NCBI GenBank assembly: GCA_035528415.1
Contig: DATKYQ010000022.1
Coordinates: 132,042-196,041, forward strand
DNA from: Myxococcota bacterium
GTDB taxonomy: Bacteria > Myxococcota > B64-G9
Length of the DNA stretch: 64,000 nt
Direction: 5' to 3'
The translations under genes were made by a program, and so were the position numbers. Below are positions 1 to 9,069 of the stretch, in pieces; position 1 is the stretch's first letter; every line of letters starts with the position of its first letter. The notes under the pieces were generated by a model. That model ran no database searches and was not told where the DNA came from. It saw nothing but the letters and a program-made list of their open reading frames with translations.

Positions 1-1904
1 CCGGACAGCGGCGCGTCGAAGATGTGCAGCACGCTGTTGGCCAGATCGACCAGGTGCGGATCATCGTGGCCCAGAGCCTGTGCCGAGGCAATGAAGCCTG
101 GAGTCTGGTTGAAATCCGAGGCGGCATGGTCGCCACACCAGGCCTTGGGATTGGCAACCAGGGCATCACCCAGAGGGGCACCGCCCAGCGACGTCTCCCA
201 CGAACTGCGATACCCGGGCGCGAAGGCCAACTGCAGGTCGGGCGCACGATCGCGCACGTTGGCCGCGGCGCCATCGTAGACGTCGTAGACCGCCCGCAGC
301 GGGCGTCCGCCGCCGACCGGATCGCGTAACCCAAGAAGCCGCTTGCGGATATCGTCCAGAAGCTTGCGTCTGTCGCCGCCCGGCTCGACAACACCGAGCG
401 ACTCACGACCCCGGAGATTTACGAAAACCTGCCCGTTGCCCATGGAGTAAGCAAGGCTGTCTTTCCAGGAAACACCCCGCAAGAAACGAACCTCGGACTG
501 CGGCCGGTTGCGGGTGAACCAGCCCTGTGATTCGAGCCAGCTATTGACATGCAGCATGCGGTCGAAGGGATGAAAACCGTGATCCGAAAGGACAACCAAC
601 CGAGTCTTCGGGGGCAGCAGGCGGGAGACCCGCCCGACGATACGATCCATCAGGCCGTAGACCTTGCGCAACGGTCCTCCGTCTTTGCGCTCGAGGTCGC
701 GGTAGAATATGTGCGCCGCCTGGTCGGTGCCAGTGAAAACCGAGACAATCAGCCCGGCCGTGCGGCTTCCGATCTCCCTGTAGAGAAGTTCGGCCCGGCC
801 CTGCATGGTATCGAGCAGGTCGGCCAGAAAAACCTCTTTCGGCAAGGCCCCGGCATTGACCGCCGAGGTGTCGTGCGCCCAGCCCACGGTCGGCAGGCCG
901 CCGTGCACTCCAACCGCCTTCTCCAGCCAGCCGGGAGGCGCTCCCAGCGGCAGGGCCGGGGCGTGGGGATCGATCTGAATGGGAGAGGCGTAAAGCTTTA
1001 GTTCCCGGGTGACCGACAGCAGATGAAAACGCACTCGGCCCCGCAACACCAGCCCGGCAGCCTCGAAGACAACCGGGAACCAGCCGCTCCGCCCGCCGAC
1101 ACGCAACTTCTCCCGCTTGCCCGACATGCCGACCGTCAGGGTCTTGGCCCGACGATCGAGCCGCAGCTCGAGCGGAACCGAAAGCGGTTTTCCGCCCGGC
1201 CCCCTCGGGCCTTCCAGCCTGGTGTCTATAGAACCGCCTTCAACAGCCAGCTGTACCACGCGTCCCCCGGCGACCATCTTTTCGGCCGGCTCGGAAGTGT
1301 AAAGGGTGAACGAGCTGTTGGTGAATCGCAGATCGGGCGCACCCAGGCCGGCCAGAACTCTCCCGTGGGATAACTTGGGAGGGGGATAGGCAAAGGGAAC
1401 GAAGAGCAGCGTCACTGGAACGCCGCGCTGGTCAAGAGTCTGCCAGAAGGCCCGGCCCCTGCGGTGCGATACCGCCCGCGCAGGGCTTGCTCCTCCGGAG
1501 ACGAATCGCGGGGGCACAATGGTAATCGGCGCCAGGGCCGGCAGGTAGCTTTGTGGATCCCGGCGCAGAAAGCCGAAGACGCCGTGTTTCTCGGGCCCCG
1601 AGCCGGTGGCGAAGCTTGACCAGGCGACCGGCGAGTTGGGCGGGCTGGTCGTTCCCAGCGGACATAGCGTGCCCTTTTTTCTCATACGGGCCAGGTTGGG
1701 CAAGTGGCCCGAGGCGATCCATCTTTCCACCAAACGTGGGTCGACCCCGTCGAAGCCGAGTATCACCAGCCTGGGCGTCACCCCTGCAGCAGAGAGCGAA
1801 CTCAGCGGCCAGGAGGCCGCAAGACCCGCTCCCAGCGAGGCCGCCAAAAAGTCCCTGCGCGTGAATCTGCCCGCTGTCACCAAAAAGACCTTTCCGCAAG
1901 CCAT
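1..1904 (-). CDS. Alkaline-phosphatase-superfamily protein (type I phosphodiesterase / nucleotide pyrophosphatase family) with twin-arginine signal; 3' end runs off the window start (partial)
   Basis: Hand translation of the minus strand from ATG at 1904-1902 gives MACGKVFLVTAGRFTRRDFLAASLGAGLAASWPLS (RRxFL Tat motif). It continues with VILGFDGVDPRLVERWIASGHLPNLARMRKKGTLCPLGTTSPPNSPVAWSSFATGSGPEKHGVFGF. Further down in the same frame are the AlkP-family SDHGF motif (VVLSDHGFHPFDRMLHVN, near 560-610) and ALGHDDPHLVDLANSVLHIFDAPLS at 1-120. It is absent from the ORF track only because it has no stop inside the window. The listed ORF 1432..1953(-) is in another frame and is judged spurious. Confidence 0.65.
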   Translation of the reverse strand, partial: MACGKVFLVTAGRFTRRDFLAASLGAGLAASWPLSSLSAAGVTPRLVILGFDGVDPRLVERWIASGHLPNLARMRKKGTLCPLGTTSPPNSPVAWSSFATGSGPEKHGVFGFLRRDPQSYLPALAPITIVPPRFVSGGASPARAVSHRRGRAFWQTLDQRGVPVTLLFVPFAYPPPKLSHGRVLAGLGAPDLRFTNSSFTLYTSEPAEKMVAGGRVVQLAVEGGSIDTRLEGPRGPGGKPLSVPLELRLDRRAKTLTVGMSGKREKLRVGGRSGWFPVVFEAAGLVLRGRVRFHLLSVTRELKLYASPIQIDPHAPALPLGAPPGWLEKAVGVHGGLPTVGWAHDTSAVNAGALPKEVFLADLLDTMQGRAELLYREIGSRTAGLIVSVFTGTDQAAHIFYRDLERKDGGPLRKVYGLMDRIVGRVSRLLPPKTRLVVLSDHGFHPFDRMLHVNSWLESQGWFTRNRPQSEVRFLRGVSWKDSLAYSMGNGQVFVNLRGRESLGVVEPGGDRRKLLDDIRKRLLGLRDPVGGGRPLRAVYDVYDGAAANVRDRAPDLQLAFAPGYRSSWETSLGGAPLGDALVANPKAWCGDHAASDFNQTPGFIASAQALGHDDPHLVDLANSVLHIFDAPLS

Positions 1905-2022
1905 CAAACGACGAGGGCCGCAAAATACGCGGCGGCCGCCAAGTTGCGACCACCGACCTGGAATGTTATAGGATGTTCGGCCGTTGTGGTCAAATCTGAC
2001 ACTTTTTTGAGATGTTTTTCAG

Positions 2023-3069
2023 ATGAACAAAACCGTAACCCAGGTCGTAAAATGGCTCCTGCGTGCCGCAGTCAGCATTAGTTTGATCGTCTTGCTGCTT
2101 TGGCACACCAACTTGCATCGGGTCGTCGAGAGTTTCGCAGAGATTGGCATCGGCTGGTTCTTGCTGGCGGTGGCCATCAAGGGCATCGGCATTTTGGCCG
2201 GGGTTATCCGCTGGCGGCTTTTACTGCACGCCCAGAAGATAGAATTGCGATTCGCGAACCTCGGCGGGGCCTACCTGGTGGGGCGCTTCTTCGGCTCGTT
2301 TTTGCCGAGCACCATCGGTCTGGACGCCTACCGCACTTACTATGCCGCCGTCCGCTCTCGCCGGGTGGCGGAGACGGTCGCCGTTACGATGATCGAGAAG
2401 ATCATCGGCCTGGTGGCGCTCAGCGCTTTAGCCATCGTGGTCATGCCCTTCGGGGCGCGCTTACTGGACACCCGGGCGCTATGGGTGTTGGGTCTGGCCA
2501 TCAGCGCGCCCTTCGCCGTCGCCTTTGGCCTGCTCTTCGGACCCGGCCTTTTCAGGCGCATGTCCGACTGGCTGGGCAGGCGCGGCGGAATGGTGTCCGC
2601 CGGACTGTCCCGCCTGACCGGTGCCGTGGCCGGCCTGGGCATGCAGCGCGGACGCCTTTTCACCGCCGTCGGGCTCGGCCTGATCATTCACGGGGCAACC
2701 TCGGCCATGTACCTGGCCACGGCGCAGGCGGTCGGCGCCGAGGTCGTGGCCGGCGAGATCCTGTTCGTGGGACCGTTGATGATCCTGGCAACCCTTGTGC
2801 CGGTCTCCATAGCCGGCATCGGCGTGCGCGAGGGAGTCTTCGTCTTTTTCCTCACCCGCGTGGGTTTGCCCACCGAACAAGCCGTCCTGCTCGGATTCCT
2901 GGGCTTCCTGGCCGGGGAGATCTATAGCCTGGCGGGGGGTGCGATCTGGGCATTGAGCCCGGCGGTCAGGCCCGACGACGAGCACGGCCTGCTGGAAGTA
3001 GCCGGCCGGGCCGCGGCCTGGATCAAGCGCAAGGACCAGAAAGCCGCTGTTGATCTCCATGGCGAGTAA
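2023..3069 (+). CDS. Flippase-like domain integral membrane protein (UPF0104 / lysyl-phosphatidylglycerol-synthase transmembrane-region-like)
   Basis: 348-aa polytopic hydrophobic protein with the RWRLLLHAQ...GAYLVGRFFGSFLPSTIGLDAYRTY signature typical of the UPF0104/flippase-like family. It overlaps the downstream AlkP gene by 20 nt, suggesting translational coupling. Confidence 0.55.
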   Translation: MNKTVTQVVKWLLRAAVSISLIVLLLWHTNLHRVVESFAEIGIGWFLLAVAIKGIGILAGVIRWRLLLHAQKIELRFANLGGAYLVGRFFGSFLPSTIGLDAYRTYYAAVRSRRVAETVAVTMIEKIIGLVALSALAIVVMPFGARLLDTRALWVLGLAISAPFAVAFGLLFGPGLFRRMSDWLGRRGGMVSAGLSRLTGAVAGLGMQRGRLFTAVGLGLIIHGATSAMYLATAQAVGAEVVAGEILFVGPLMILATLVPVSIAGIGVREGVFVFFLTRVGLPTEQAVLLGFLGFLAGEIYSLAGGAIWALSPAVRPDDEHGLLEVAGRAAAWIKRKDQKAAVDLHGE

Positions 3070-4762
3070 AGCTCCCATACGCAAGTTACTGATCGTCGGC
3101 TGGGACGGCGCCGAACCGACGATCGTCGCCGGGATGCTGAAAGACGGCCGGCTGCCACAGTTGGCCTCACTGGCCGCTAGAGGTTTCTTTACACCTGTCG
3201 CATCGACCGTCCCGCCCAGTTCGCTTCCCGCCTGGACCAGCGCCATGACGGGCGTCAATCCGGGTCGTCACGGGCTGGTCGATTTCGTCAGGCTCGATCC
3301 CGGTCGGCGCAGGCTCAGGCTTGTTACGGCCTCCGAACGCGAGGTGCCTACGCTGTTCGAACTAGCCGGCCGGGCCGGCCTGTCGGTCGCCTGCCTGGGA
3401 ATGCCCGGAAGCTGGCCGCCCACACCGGATGCCGGTGTGTGCATCGCGGGCTTCGACTCACCGGTCGCCACGCGGGCGGAAAGACGCGCCTTCCAACCCC
3501 CGGAGTTGTTCGACGAATTGAATGCCGGGGGACTGGCCTGGCCTTACGGCGGCGCGGACGAGCTTGCGGTGGGCGCAGGCTGGCACTCGAAAACACGCCG
3601 CATTCTCATGCAAACCATCGAAACCAAGACCCGAGTGGCCGAAGCCATCCTCGATCAGAGATCTTTCGACCTGTTCGCCATTGTCTTTTCCGAGAGCGAT
3701 ACCGCCGGTCATCATTTCTGGGCCCACCACGACGCGCACTCGCCGCGCCGGCGGGCACCGGGATTCGCCGTAAAGGACCTCGGCGATACGATCGAAAAGA
3801 CGTATGCCGCCCTGGACCGGGCGCTCGGCAGGCTGCTTTCGGCCTGCGGCCCGCAGACAGCGGTGCTGGTGCTGTCCGATCACGGCTTCGGCGGAAGTTC
3901 GGATCAGATCGTCTTCGTCAATCGCTGGCTGGCCGCCGAGGGTCTCTTGCGCTTCAGCCCGCTCAACAGGATCGCAAGCGATATGGCTTCGGCACTGACG
4001 ACACGCGCAGCGCGCATCTTGCCGGCCACCGTTAAAGAGTCTTTGCTGCGAGGCCCGCTACAAAAAGCGATCTTTCGCATCGAAGGGCTGGGACGTTTCG
4101 GCGCCATCGACTGGAAGGCCACCCGGGCGTTTTCGAACGAGTTACCCCAGAACCCGGGCATCTGGATCAATGATCCTCCGGTTCGCAGGGACACACCGAA
4201 TGCAAGCGCCACTGACCGCCGCCTGGTAGATCGAATCGCCGCCGGGTTGCTCGCCTGGCGCGATACGCGCGGCCGGCCGGTAGTCCGCAGCGTCCATCGT
4301 CCCGGCGACATCAATCCTGGACCCTACTTAAACCGGGCACCCGACTTGCTGGTGGAGTTGGCAGAATGGGACGGCTATCGCCTGGTCGCGGCTCCCAGCC
4401 GGGGGCGGGCAGGCAGGCTGCTTGGCAGCCTTAACAATGATCAGCTGATCGGTTCCAAGGGCAGCGGCACAAGTGGATGCCATCGCTCGTACGGCATGTT
4501 GGTCGCGGCGAGTCACGGGAAAGGCAACTCGGCGCCTGCCGGCAGCGCCGTAAAGCTCGTGGACATCTGTCCCACGGCGATGACCTTGTTGGGCCTACCT
4601 CTGCCCGCCGGGTTGGACGGCCGCTGCTTGCCCGAGATTGCACCTTCCAACATCATCCGGCCCGCGAAAGCAAACCCGGGGGCACAACCGCAGACTGTCG
4701 TCTATACGCCGGAGCAAGAACGACTGGTTCGAGAACGACTCGAAAAACTGGGATACCTGTAA
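3050..4762 (+). CDS. Alkaline-phosphatase-superfamily protein (type I phosphodiesterase / nucleotide pyrophosphatase), paralog of the gene at 1..1904
   Basis: 570 aa. N-terminus LIVGWDGAEPTIVAGMLKDGRLPQLASLAARGFFTPVASTVPPSSLPAWTSAMTGVNPGRHGLVDF and motif VLVLSDHGFGGSSD match the AlkP/NPP core, including the metal-ligand Asp-His pair. Confidence 0.7.
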   Translation: MISMASKAPIRKLLIVGWDGAEPTIVAGMLKDGRLPQLASLAARGFFTPVASTVPPSSLPAWTSAMTGVNPGRHGLVDFVRLDPGRRRLRLVTASEREVPTLFELAGRAGLSVACLGMPGSWPPTPDAGVCIAGFDSPVATRAERRAFQPPELFDELNAGGLAWPYGGADELAVGAGWHSKTRRILMQTIETKTRVAEAILDQRSFDLFAIVFSESDTAGHHFWAHHDAHSPRRRAPGFAVKDLGDTIEKTYAALDRALGRLLSACGPQTAVLVLSDHGFGGSSDQIVFVNRWLAAEGLLRFSPLNRIASDMASALTTRAARILPATVKESLLRGPLQKAIFRIEGLGRFGAIDWKATRAFSNELPQNPGIWINDPPVRRDTPNASATDRRLVDRIAAGLLAWRDTRGRPVVRSVHRPGDINPGPYLNRAPDLLVELAEWDGYRLVAAPSRGRAGRLLGSLNNDQLIGSKGSGTSGCHRSYGMLVAASHGKGNSAPAGSAVKLVDICPTAMTLLGLPLPAGLDGRCLPEIAPSNIIRPAKANPGAQPQTVVYTPEQERLVRERLEKLGYL

Positions 4763-4960
4763 CAGCTCACATGCAGAGAGGGCAACCTGCGGGACAGTGC
4801 AGCCCGTAGCAGCCGGGCGCGGCCATCGGCCCGTCGCGCATCCTGCGGCTACGACTTTCTGGTGCCGTTCTCCTGCAAGACCCGCGGCCTCTGCCCATCC
4901 TGCAACACCCGCCGTATGATGGAGACCGCCGAGCACTGGTACCACATGGTGCGAGCCTAG
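4763..4960 (+). pseudogene. Remnant of an IS91-family transposase N-terminal zinc-binding domain (no start codon, truncated)
   Basis: A start-less frame directly after the AlkP stop reads ...RASCGYDFLVPFSCKTRGLCPSCNTRRMMETAEHWYHMVRA*. The FSCKxRGxCPSCxxRRMxETAxH pattern resembles the IS91/IS801 transposase zinc-binding domain. Only about 40 residues remain. Confidence 0.3.
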
Positions 4961-5173
4961 GGGTCAGACACCGGCACTTGACACTTAGATTCCCTCCCGA
5001 TGCAACCAGGTATTCTTCATCGGCGTCTGGCCGGCGGCGGCTCCCGCGGCGGCCAGGAATACAAACAGCGCTATGGACAGGCGGACACGGCTCATGGCAT
5101 GCTCCCGGCTTGAGACCGGAAAAACATACTGCACGGCCCGCTTGCGGTCAAGGCAGACCAGCAGGAGAAAAAA

Positions 5174-6229
5174 TTGCTGTCGCCGGTATCTTGGAATGAA
5201 AATGGCGTGCATATCATCGAGCAGACCCGGCTTCCCGGCCAGGAGATCTGGGTCGATCTGAACACCGTCGAGCAGGTTGCCCGGGCCATCAAGGTGCTGG
5301 ATGTGCGCGGGGCGCCGGCCATCGGCATCGCCGCCGCCTTCGGCATGGCCTTGGCGGCCAAGAATCAGCCCGGCGCCGACGCGGGCGCAGTGGCCACAGC
5401 CGTCGAGCGGGCCGCCGAGACCCTGGCCGCCACCCGGCCGACCGCGGTCAACCTCTTCTGGGCCATCGAACGCATGCGGACCAAACTTGCTTCGCTGTCC
5501 GGCGAAGAGGCCGGGAAGATCCGCGCCGGATTGCTTGCCGAAGCCGAGAAGATCCGCGCCGAGGACATCGACTACTGCCGCGCCATCGGCCGTCACGGAG
5601 CCGCCCTGCTGCCCGAGACGGCCACCGTTCTCACCCACTGCAACGCCGGGGCACTGGCCACCGGCGGCTACGGCACCGCCCTGGGTGTGATCCGCGCCGC
5701 CCTGGAGGCGGGCAAGAACATCAGGGTGATCGCCGACGAGACGCGGCCGCTGCTTCAGGGGGCCCGCCTGACCACCTGGGAGCTTTTGCGCGACGGGATT
5801 GACGTACGCTTGATCTGCGACGACATGGCAGGGACGCTGATGAAAAGCGGCCAAATCGACGCCTGCGTCGTCGGTGCCGATCGCATCGCGAAAAACGGCG
5901 ACGCCGCCAACAAAATCGGGACCTACCAAGTGGCCGTGCTCGCGAAATACCATGGAATACCCTTCTACGTGGCCGCACCGACCTCCACCGTCGACCTGTC
6001 TGTAGCCTGCGGCGACGAGATTCCCATCGAGCAGCGCGATCCGGCCGAGGTCACGACGCCCCGTGGAACCCGCTTTACCCCTGAAAACGTTGCGGTTTTC
6101 AACCCGGCCTTCGACGTCACACCAGCCGAGCTGATTACAGCAATCATCACAGAGCTTGGCGTTGCCGATCACCCCGAGCTAGCTAACAAGCTCTCGAATA
6201 TGGTGCGGCAAGCCACTAAAAAATCTTGA
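5174..6229 (+). CDS. mtnA: S-methyl-5-thioribose-1-phosphate isomerase (eIF-2B alpha/beta/delta family)
   Basis: 351 aa. The N-terminus (W..G..IIEQTRLPGQEIWVDL) and overall length fit MtnA. The start codon is TTG at 5174, preceded by AGGAG at 5163-5167. The antisense ORF 4985..6172(-) is rejected. Confidence 0.75.
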   Translation: MLSPVSWNENGVHIIEQTRLPGQEIWVDLNTVEQVARAIKVLDVRGAPAIGIAAAFGMALAAKNQPGADAGAVATAVERAAETLAATRPTAVNLFWAIERMRTKLASLSGEEAGKIRAGLLAEAEKIRAEDIDYCRAIGRHGAALLPETATVLTHCNAGALATGGYGTALGVIRAALEAGKNIRVIADETRPLLQGARLTTWELLRDGIDVRLICDDMAGTLMKSGQIDACVVGADRIAKNGDAANKIGTYQVAVLAKYHGIPFYVAAPTSTVDLSVACGDEIPIEQRDPAEVTTPRGTRFTPENVAVFNPAFDVTPAELITAIITELGVADHPELANKLSNMVRQATKKS

Positions 6230-6309
6230 CATCCACCAGAAAAGCCAATAGTGTTCGGCGTTCCTGGAGCAATATCAAGGCCTTCAGGTCACTAAGGAGC
6301 GATCGAGTC

Positions 6310-6627
6310 ATGTATGCCGTGGTAAGAACTGGTGGAAAGCAGTACCGGGTTTCGAAGGGCGACAAGCTGAAGATCGAGAAGATTCCCGGCCAGGCGGGTG
6401 AAGACGTAAACTTCGACGACATCCTGATGATCGGCGGCGGCGAGGACGTAAAGGTGGGAACTCCGCGAATCGACGGGGCTACGGTCTCGGCGCGCATCCT
6501 GGAGCAAGATCGTTCCAAGAAGATCATCGTCTTCAAGTTCAAGCGGCGCAAGGGTTACAAGCGCACCCAAGGGCACCGGCAGTTCTACACGCGGGTCGAG
6601 ATCACCGGCATCCAGCCCAGCGCTTGA
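6310..6627 (+). CDS. rplU: 50S ribosomal protein L21
   Basis: MYAVVRTGGKQYRVSKGDKLKIEKIPG...KRRKGYKRTQGHRQFYTRVEITGI is classic L21. The true ATG is at 6310 with AAGGAG at 6294; the track ORF starts too early at 6226. Confidence 0.95.
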   Translation: MYAVVRTGGKQYRVSKGDKLKIEKIPGQAGEDVNFDDILMIGGGEDVKVGTPRIDGATVSARILEQDRSKKIIVFKFKRRKGYKRTQGHRQFYTRVEITGIQPSA

Positions 6628-6639
6628 GGAGACAAACTG

Positions 6640-6900
6640 ATGGCACACAAAAAGGGACAGGGAGCAACACGCAACGGCCGCGACAGCCCCGGGCAGCGAC
6701 GCGGCGTGAAGATCTATAGCGGGCAGAAGGTCCGGTCCGGCAACATCCTGGTTCGCCAGTTGGGCACCAAGATATACCCGGGCCGCAACGTGGGCATGGG
6801 CCGCGATTATACCCTCTTCGCCAAGATCGACGGCATCGTGCAGTACGGCCGCAAGGGGCGCGACCGCAAGCAAGCCTGGGTCGAACCGGCCACGTCGTAG
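6640..6900 (+). CDS. rpmA: 50S ribosomal protein L27
   Basis: [31 protein letters not shown]..., 86 aa, canonical L27. It lies 12 nt after rplU. Confidence 0.95.
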   Translation: MAHKKGQGATRNGRDSPGQRRGVKIYSGQKVRSGNILVRQLGTKIYPGRNVGMGRDYTLFAKIDGIVQYGRKGRDRKQAWVEPATS

Positions 6901-6925
6901 TCTCTTTTTATATCGTTTTTTCCGG

Positions 6926-6952
6926 GCCACGGTGTCGACACCGTGGCTTTTT
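6926..6952 (+). terminator. Intrinsic terminator/attenuator hairpin between rpmA and obg
   Basis: Perfect 22-nt palindrome GCCACGGTGTCGACACCGTGGC (11-bp stem) followed directly by TTTTT, 26 nt after the rpmA stop and 15 nt before the obg ATG. Confidence 0.6.
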
Positions 6953-6966
6953 AGGTCGAGTCGACC

Positions 6967-7974
6967 ATGAACTTCGTAGATGAAGTCGAGATCGAGGTAA
7001 TTTCCGGTAATGGCGGCGCTGGCTGTGTTTCGTTCAGGCGGGAACGCTACGTGCCTAAGGGTGGGCCCGACGGGGGAGACGGTGGCCGCGGCGGCAGTGT
7101 GGTGCTGCTGGCCAACGGGCAGTTGACCACCCTGCTCGACCAGCGCTACACCCGGAACTACAAGGCCCGCAACGGAAGACCGGGAATGGGCAGGGACCGT
7201 TACGGCGCGGCCGCCGAGGATCTGATCATTAGCGTGCCCGCGGGCACCGTCGTCTTCGACGCCAAAAGCGGCGAACTGCTGGGCGACCTGGACACAGACG
7301 GCGCCCTGCTAACCGTTGCCCAGGGCGGACGGGGCGGCCGAGGCAATATTCACTTCAAGAGCTCGACCAACCGCGCCCCGCACAAGGCCGAACTGGGCGA
7401 GTCCGGCGAGAGCCGCGGGCTGCGTCTCGAACTAAAGCTACTGGCGGACGTCGGAGTGGTAGGCTTTCCCAACGCGGGAAAGTCGACCCTGGTCGCGCGT
7501 CTCTCGCGCGCGCGGCCCAAGGTAGCCGACTATCCCTTCACCACGCTGGTGCCCACCCTGGGCGTTGTCGAACTTCACGATCACCAGAGCTTTGTAATGG
7601 CCGACGTGCCCGGCCTGATCGAAGGCGCCCACGACGGGGCGGGCCTGGGCCAGCGCTTCCTCAGGCACGTCGAGCGCTGCAAGATCCTGGTGCACCTGGT
7701 AACCTGGGAACCCGGCGAAGCGCCAACGGTCGATTCGTTGCTGGAACGTTTCGAATCCATCGAGCGCGAGATGCGCCTGTTCAATGTTGCCCTCAGCGAA
7801 AAGCCCCGCCTGGCCGCCATATCAAAGATCGATCTCGGCGAGGTGCGTGAGCTGGTCGAGCCGGTCACCCGGCGACTGAAAGAGCGTGGTCTCACGGTCG
7901 TGCCCATATCGGCCGTCAGCGGCGAGGGCCTCGAACAGTTACTTATCGAGATCGAGAAGCTCCTGGCCCATTAA
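6967..7974 (+). CDS. obg: GTPase Obg/CgtA
   Basis: Glycine-rich Obg fold N-terminus (GGAGCVSFRRERYVPKGGPDGGDGGRGGSV) and GTPase motifs (GFPNAGKST, DVPGLIEGA, ISKIDL). Standard rplU-rpmA-obg synteny. Confidence 0.95.
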   Translation: MNFVDEVEIEVISGNGGAGCVSFRRERYVPKGGPDGGDGGRGGSVVLLANGQLTTLLDQRYTRNYKARNGRPGMGRDRYGAAAEDLIISVPAGTVVFDAKSGELLGDLDTDGALLTVAQGGRGGRGNIHFKSSTNRAPHKAELGESGESRGLRLELKLLADVGVVGFPNAGKSTLVARLSRARPKVADYPFTTLVPTLGVVELHDHQSFVMADVPGLIEGAHDGAGLGQRFLRHVERCKILVHLVTWEPGEAPTVDSLLERFESIEREMRLFNVALSEKPRLAAISKIDLGEVRELVEPVTRRLKERGLTVVPISAVSGEGLEQLLIEIEKLLAH

Positions 7975-7986
7975 CGGGTTCGGTTG

Positions 7987-9036
7987 TCAGTAGGTGACGG
8001 TCACCTTGGTCAGGCCGCGCGGCTTGTCCAGCGGGCAACCACGGGCGGCCGCTAAGTGCATGGCGAACAACTGTCCCGGAACCACTGCCAGCAGGGGGCT
8101 CAGCCATTCGGGCAAGCCGGATCCGTAGGCCAGGGGCGTTGTGGCTTGGGCTCGCAACCTTTTGTTATCGGAGATGACGATCAGCTCGGCCCGGCGTTTC
8201 GAAAGCGCCCCCGCCAGCGCCAGCATGTCGGCCAGCGTCTTGCCGCTCGGCGCGATCAACATGACGGGAAAACCCTCCTCGACCACGGCTATCGGCCCGT
8301 GGCGAAAATCCGCGCTGGAGGACGGCTCGGCATTCAGGTAGGCAAGCTCCTTGAGCTTCAAAGACAGCTCGAAGGCAGTGGAATAGTTGTAGCCGCGACC
8401 GATGACTGCCAGGCGCTGCATGTAGCGATAGCGTTCCGCCGCCGCGGCGATTGGTTCGGCCCCATCCAGTACCGCCTGCAGCGCTTGCGGCACTCGCGCG
8501 AGTTTCTCGATATCTTTTTCGCTGCCGCGCAGCGCGACGCTCAACATGGCAAGCGAAAGCAACTGAGCCGTGTACGACTTGGTCGCGGCCACGCTGCGCT
8601 CGACCCCGGCATGAAGAGGAATGACGTCGTCGGCCAGATCGGCAAGCGGGCTACCAGGTGTATTGGTGATGACCAGTGTTCGGCTTCCCTGGCGGCGCGC
8701 CTCCTCGAGCACCCGACCCAGGTCTTTGGAAGCACCTGACTGGGATATTGCCAGCACCAGGCATCCGGAAAGGTCAGGGGGTTGCTTGTAGAGGGTGAAC
8801 AGCGAGGGCGCGGCCATGGCCGTCACCAGGCTGTTGCGGGCACCGAAAAGATACTTGCCGTACAGGCCGGCGTTGTCCGAGGACCCGCGGGCCACCATGA
8901 ATACCGTTCTTACGGCAGAGCGCTTGGCAGAACGCTTGATCGACGCGCCAATTTTTCGTGTGCGTTTACTCTCCCTGGCAAGCAACCTCTCCAACACGGC
9001 CGGCTGCGAGTAGATTTCTTTCTCGATTTGGCTCAT
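7987..9036 (-). CDS. SIS-domain sugar isomerase (AgaS / GlmS-isomerase-domain-like, two SIS domains)
   Basis: 349 aa with two SIS-type phosphosugar-binding segments (VFMVARGSSDNAGLYGKY... and LVLAISQSGASKD...) followed by VITNTPGSPLA. Confidence 0.7.
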   Translation of the reverse strand: MSQIEKEIYSQPAVLERLLARESKRTRKIGASIKRSAKRSAVRTVFMVARGSSDNAGLYGKYLFGARNSLVTAMAAPSLFTLYKQPPDLSGCLVLAISQSGASKDLGRVLEEARRQGSRTLVITNTPGSPLADLADDVIPLHAGVERSVAATKSYTAQLLSLAMLSVALRGSEKDIEKLARVPQALQAVLDGAEPIAAAAERYRYMQRLAVIGRGYNYSTAFELSLKLKELAYLNAEPSSSADFRHGPIAVVEEGFPVMLIAPSGKTLADMLALAGALSKRRAELIVISDNKRLRAQATTPLAYGSGLPEWLSPLLAVVPGQLFAMHLAAARGCPLDKPRGLTKVTVTY

Positions 9037-9069
9037 GGATACAAACTTACTCAGAGCAATGCAGTCCGG

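Noticed and set aside
1432-1953. 173-aa minus-strand ORF plus five overlapping plus-strand ORFs in 22..2081
   Set aside because: A different frame on the same strand encodes a coherent AlkP-family protein with Tat signal from ATG 1904. The listed ORFs are Arg/Pro/Gly-rich out-of-frame artefacts.
4985-6172. 395-aa minus-strand ORF opposite mtnA
   Set aside because: Antisense to a well-supported mtnA reading frame. It is Gly/Arg/Ala-rich low complexity typical of antisense frames in high-GC DNA. Only its last approx. 36 codons (a hydrophobic segment at 4985-5095) fall outside mtnA, and they lack an RBS.
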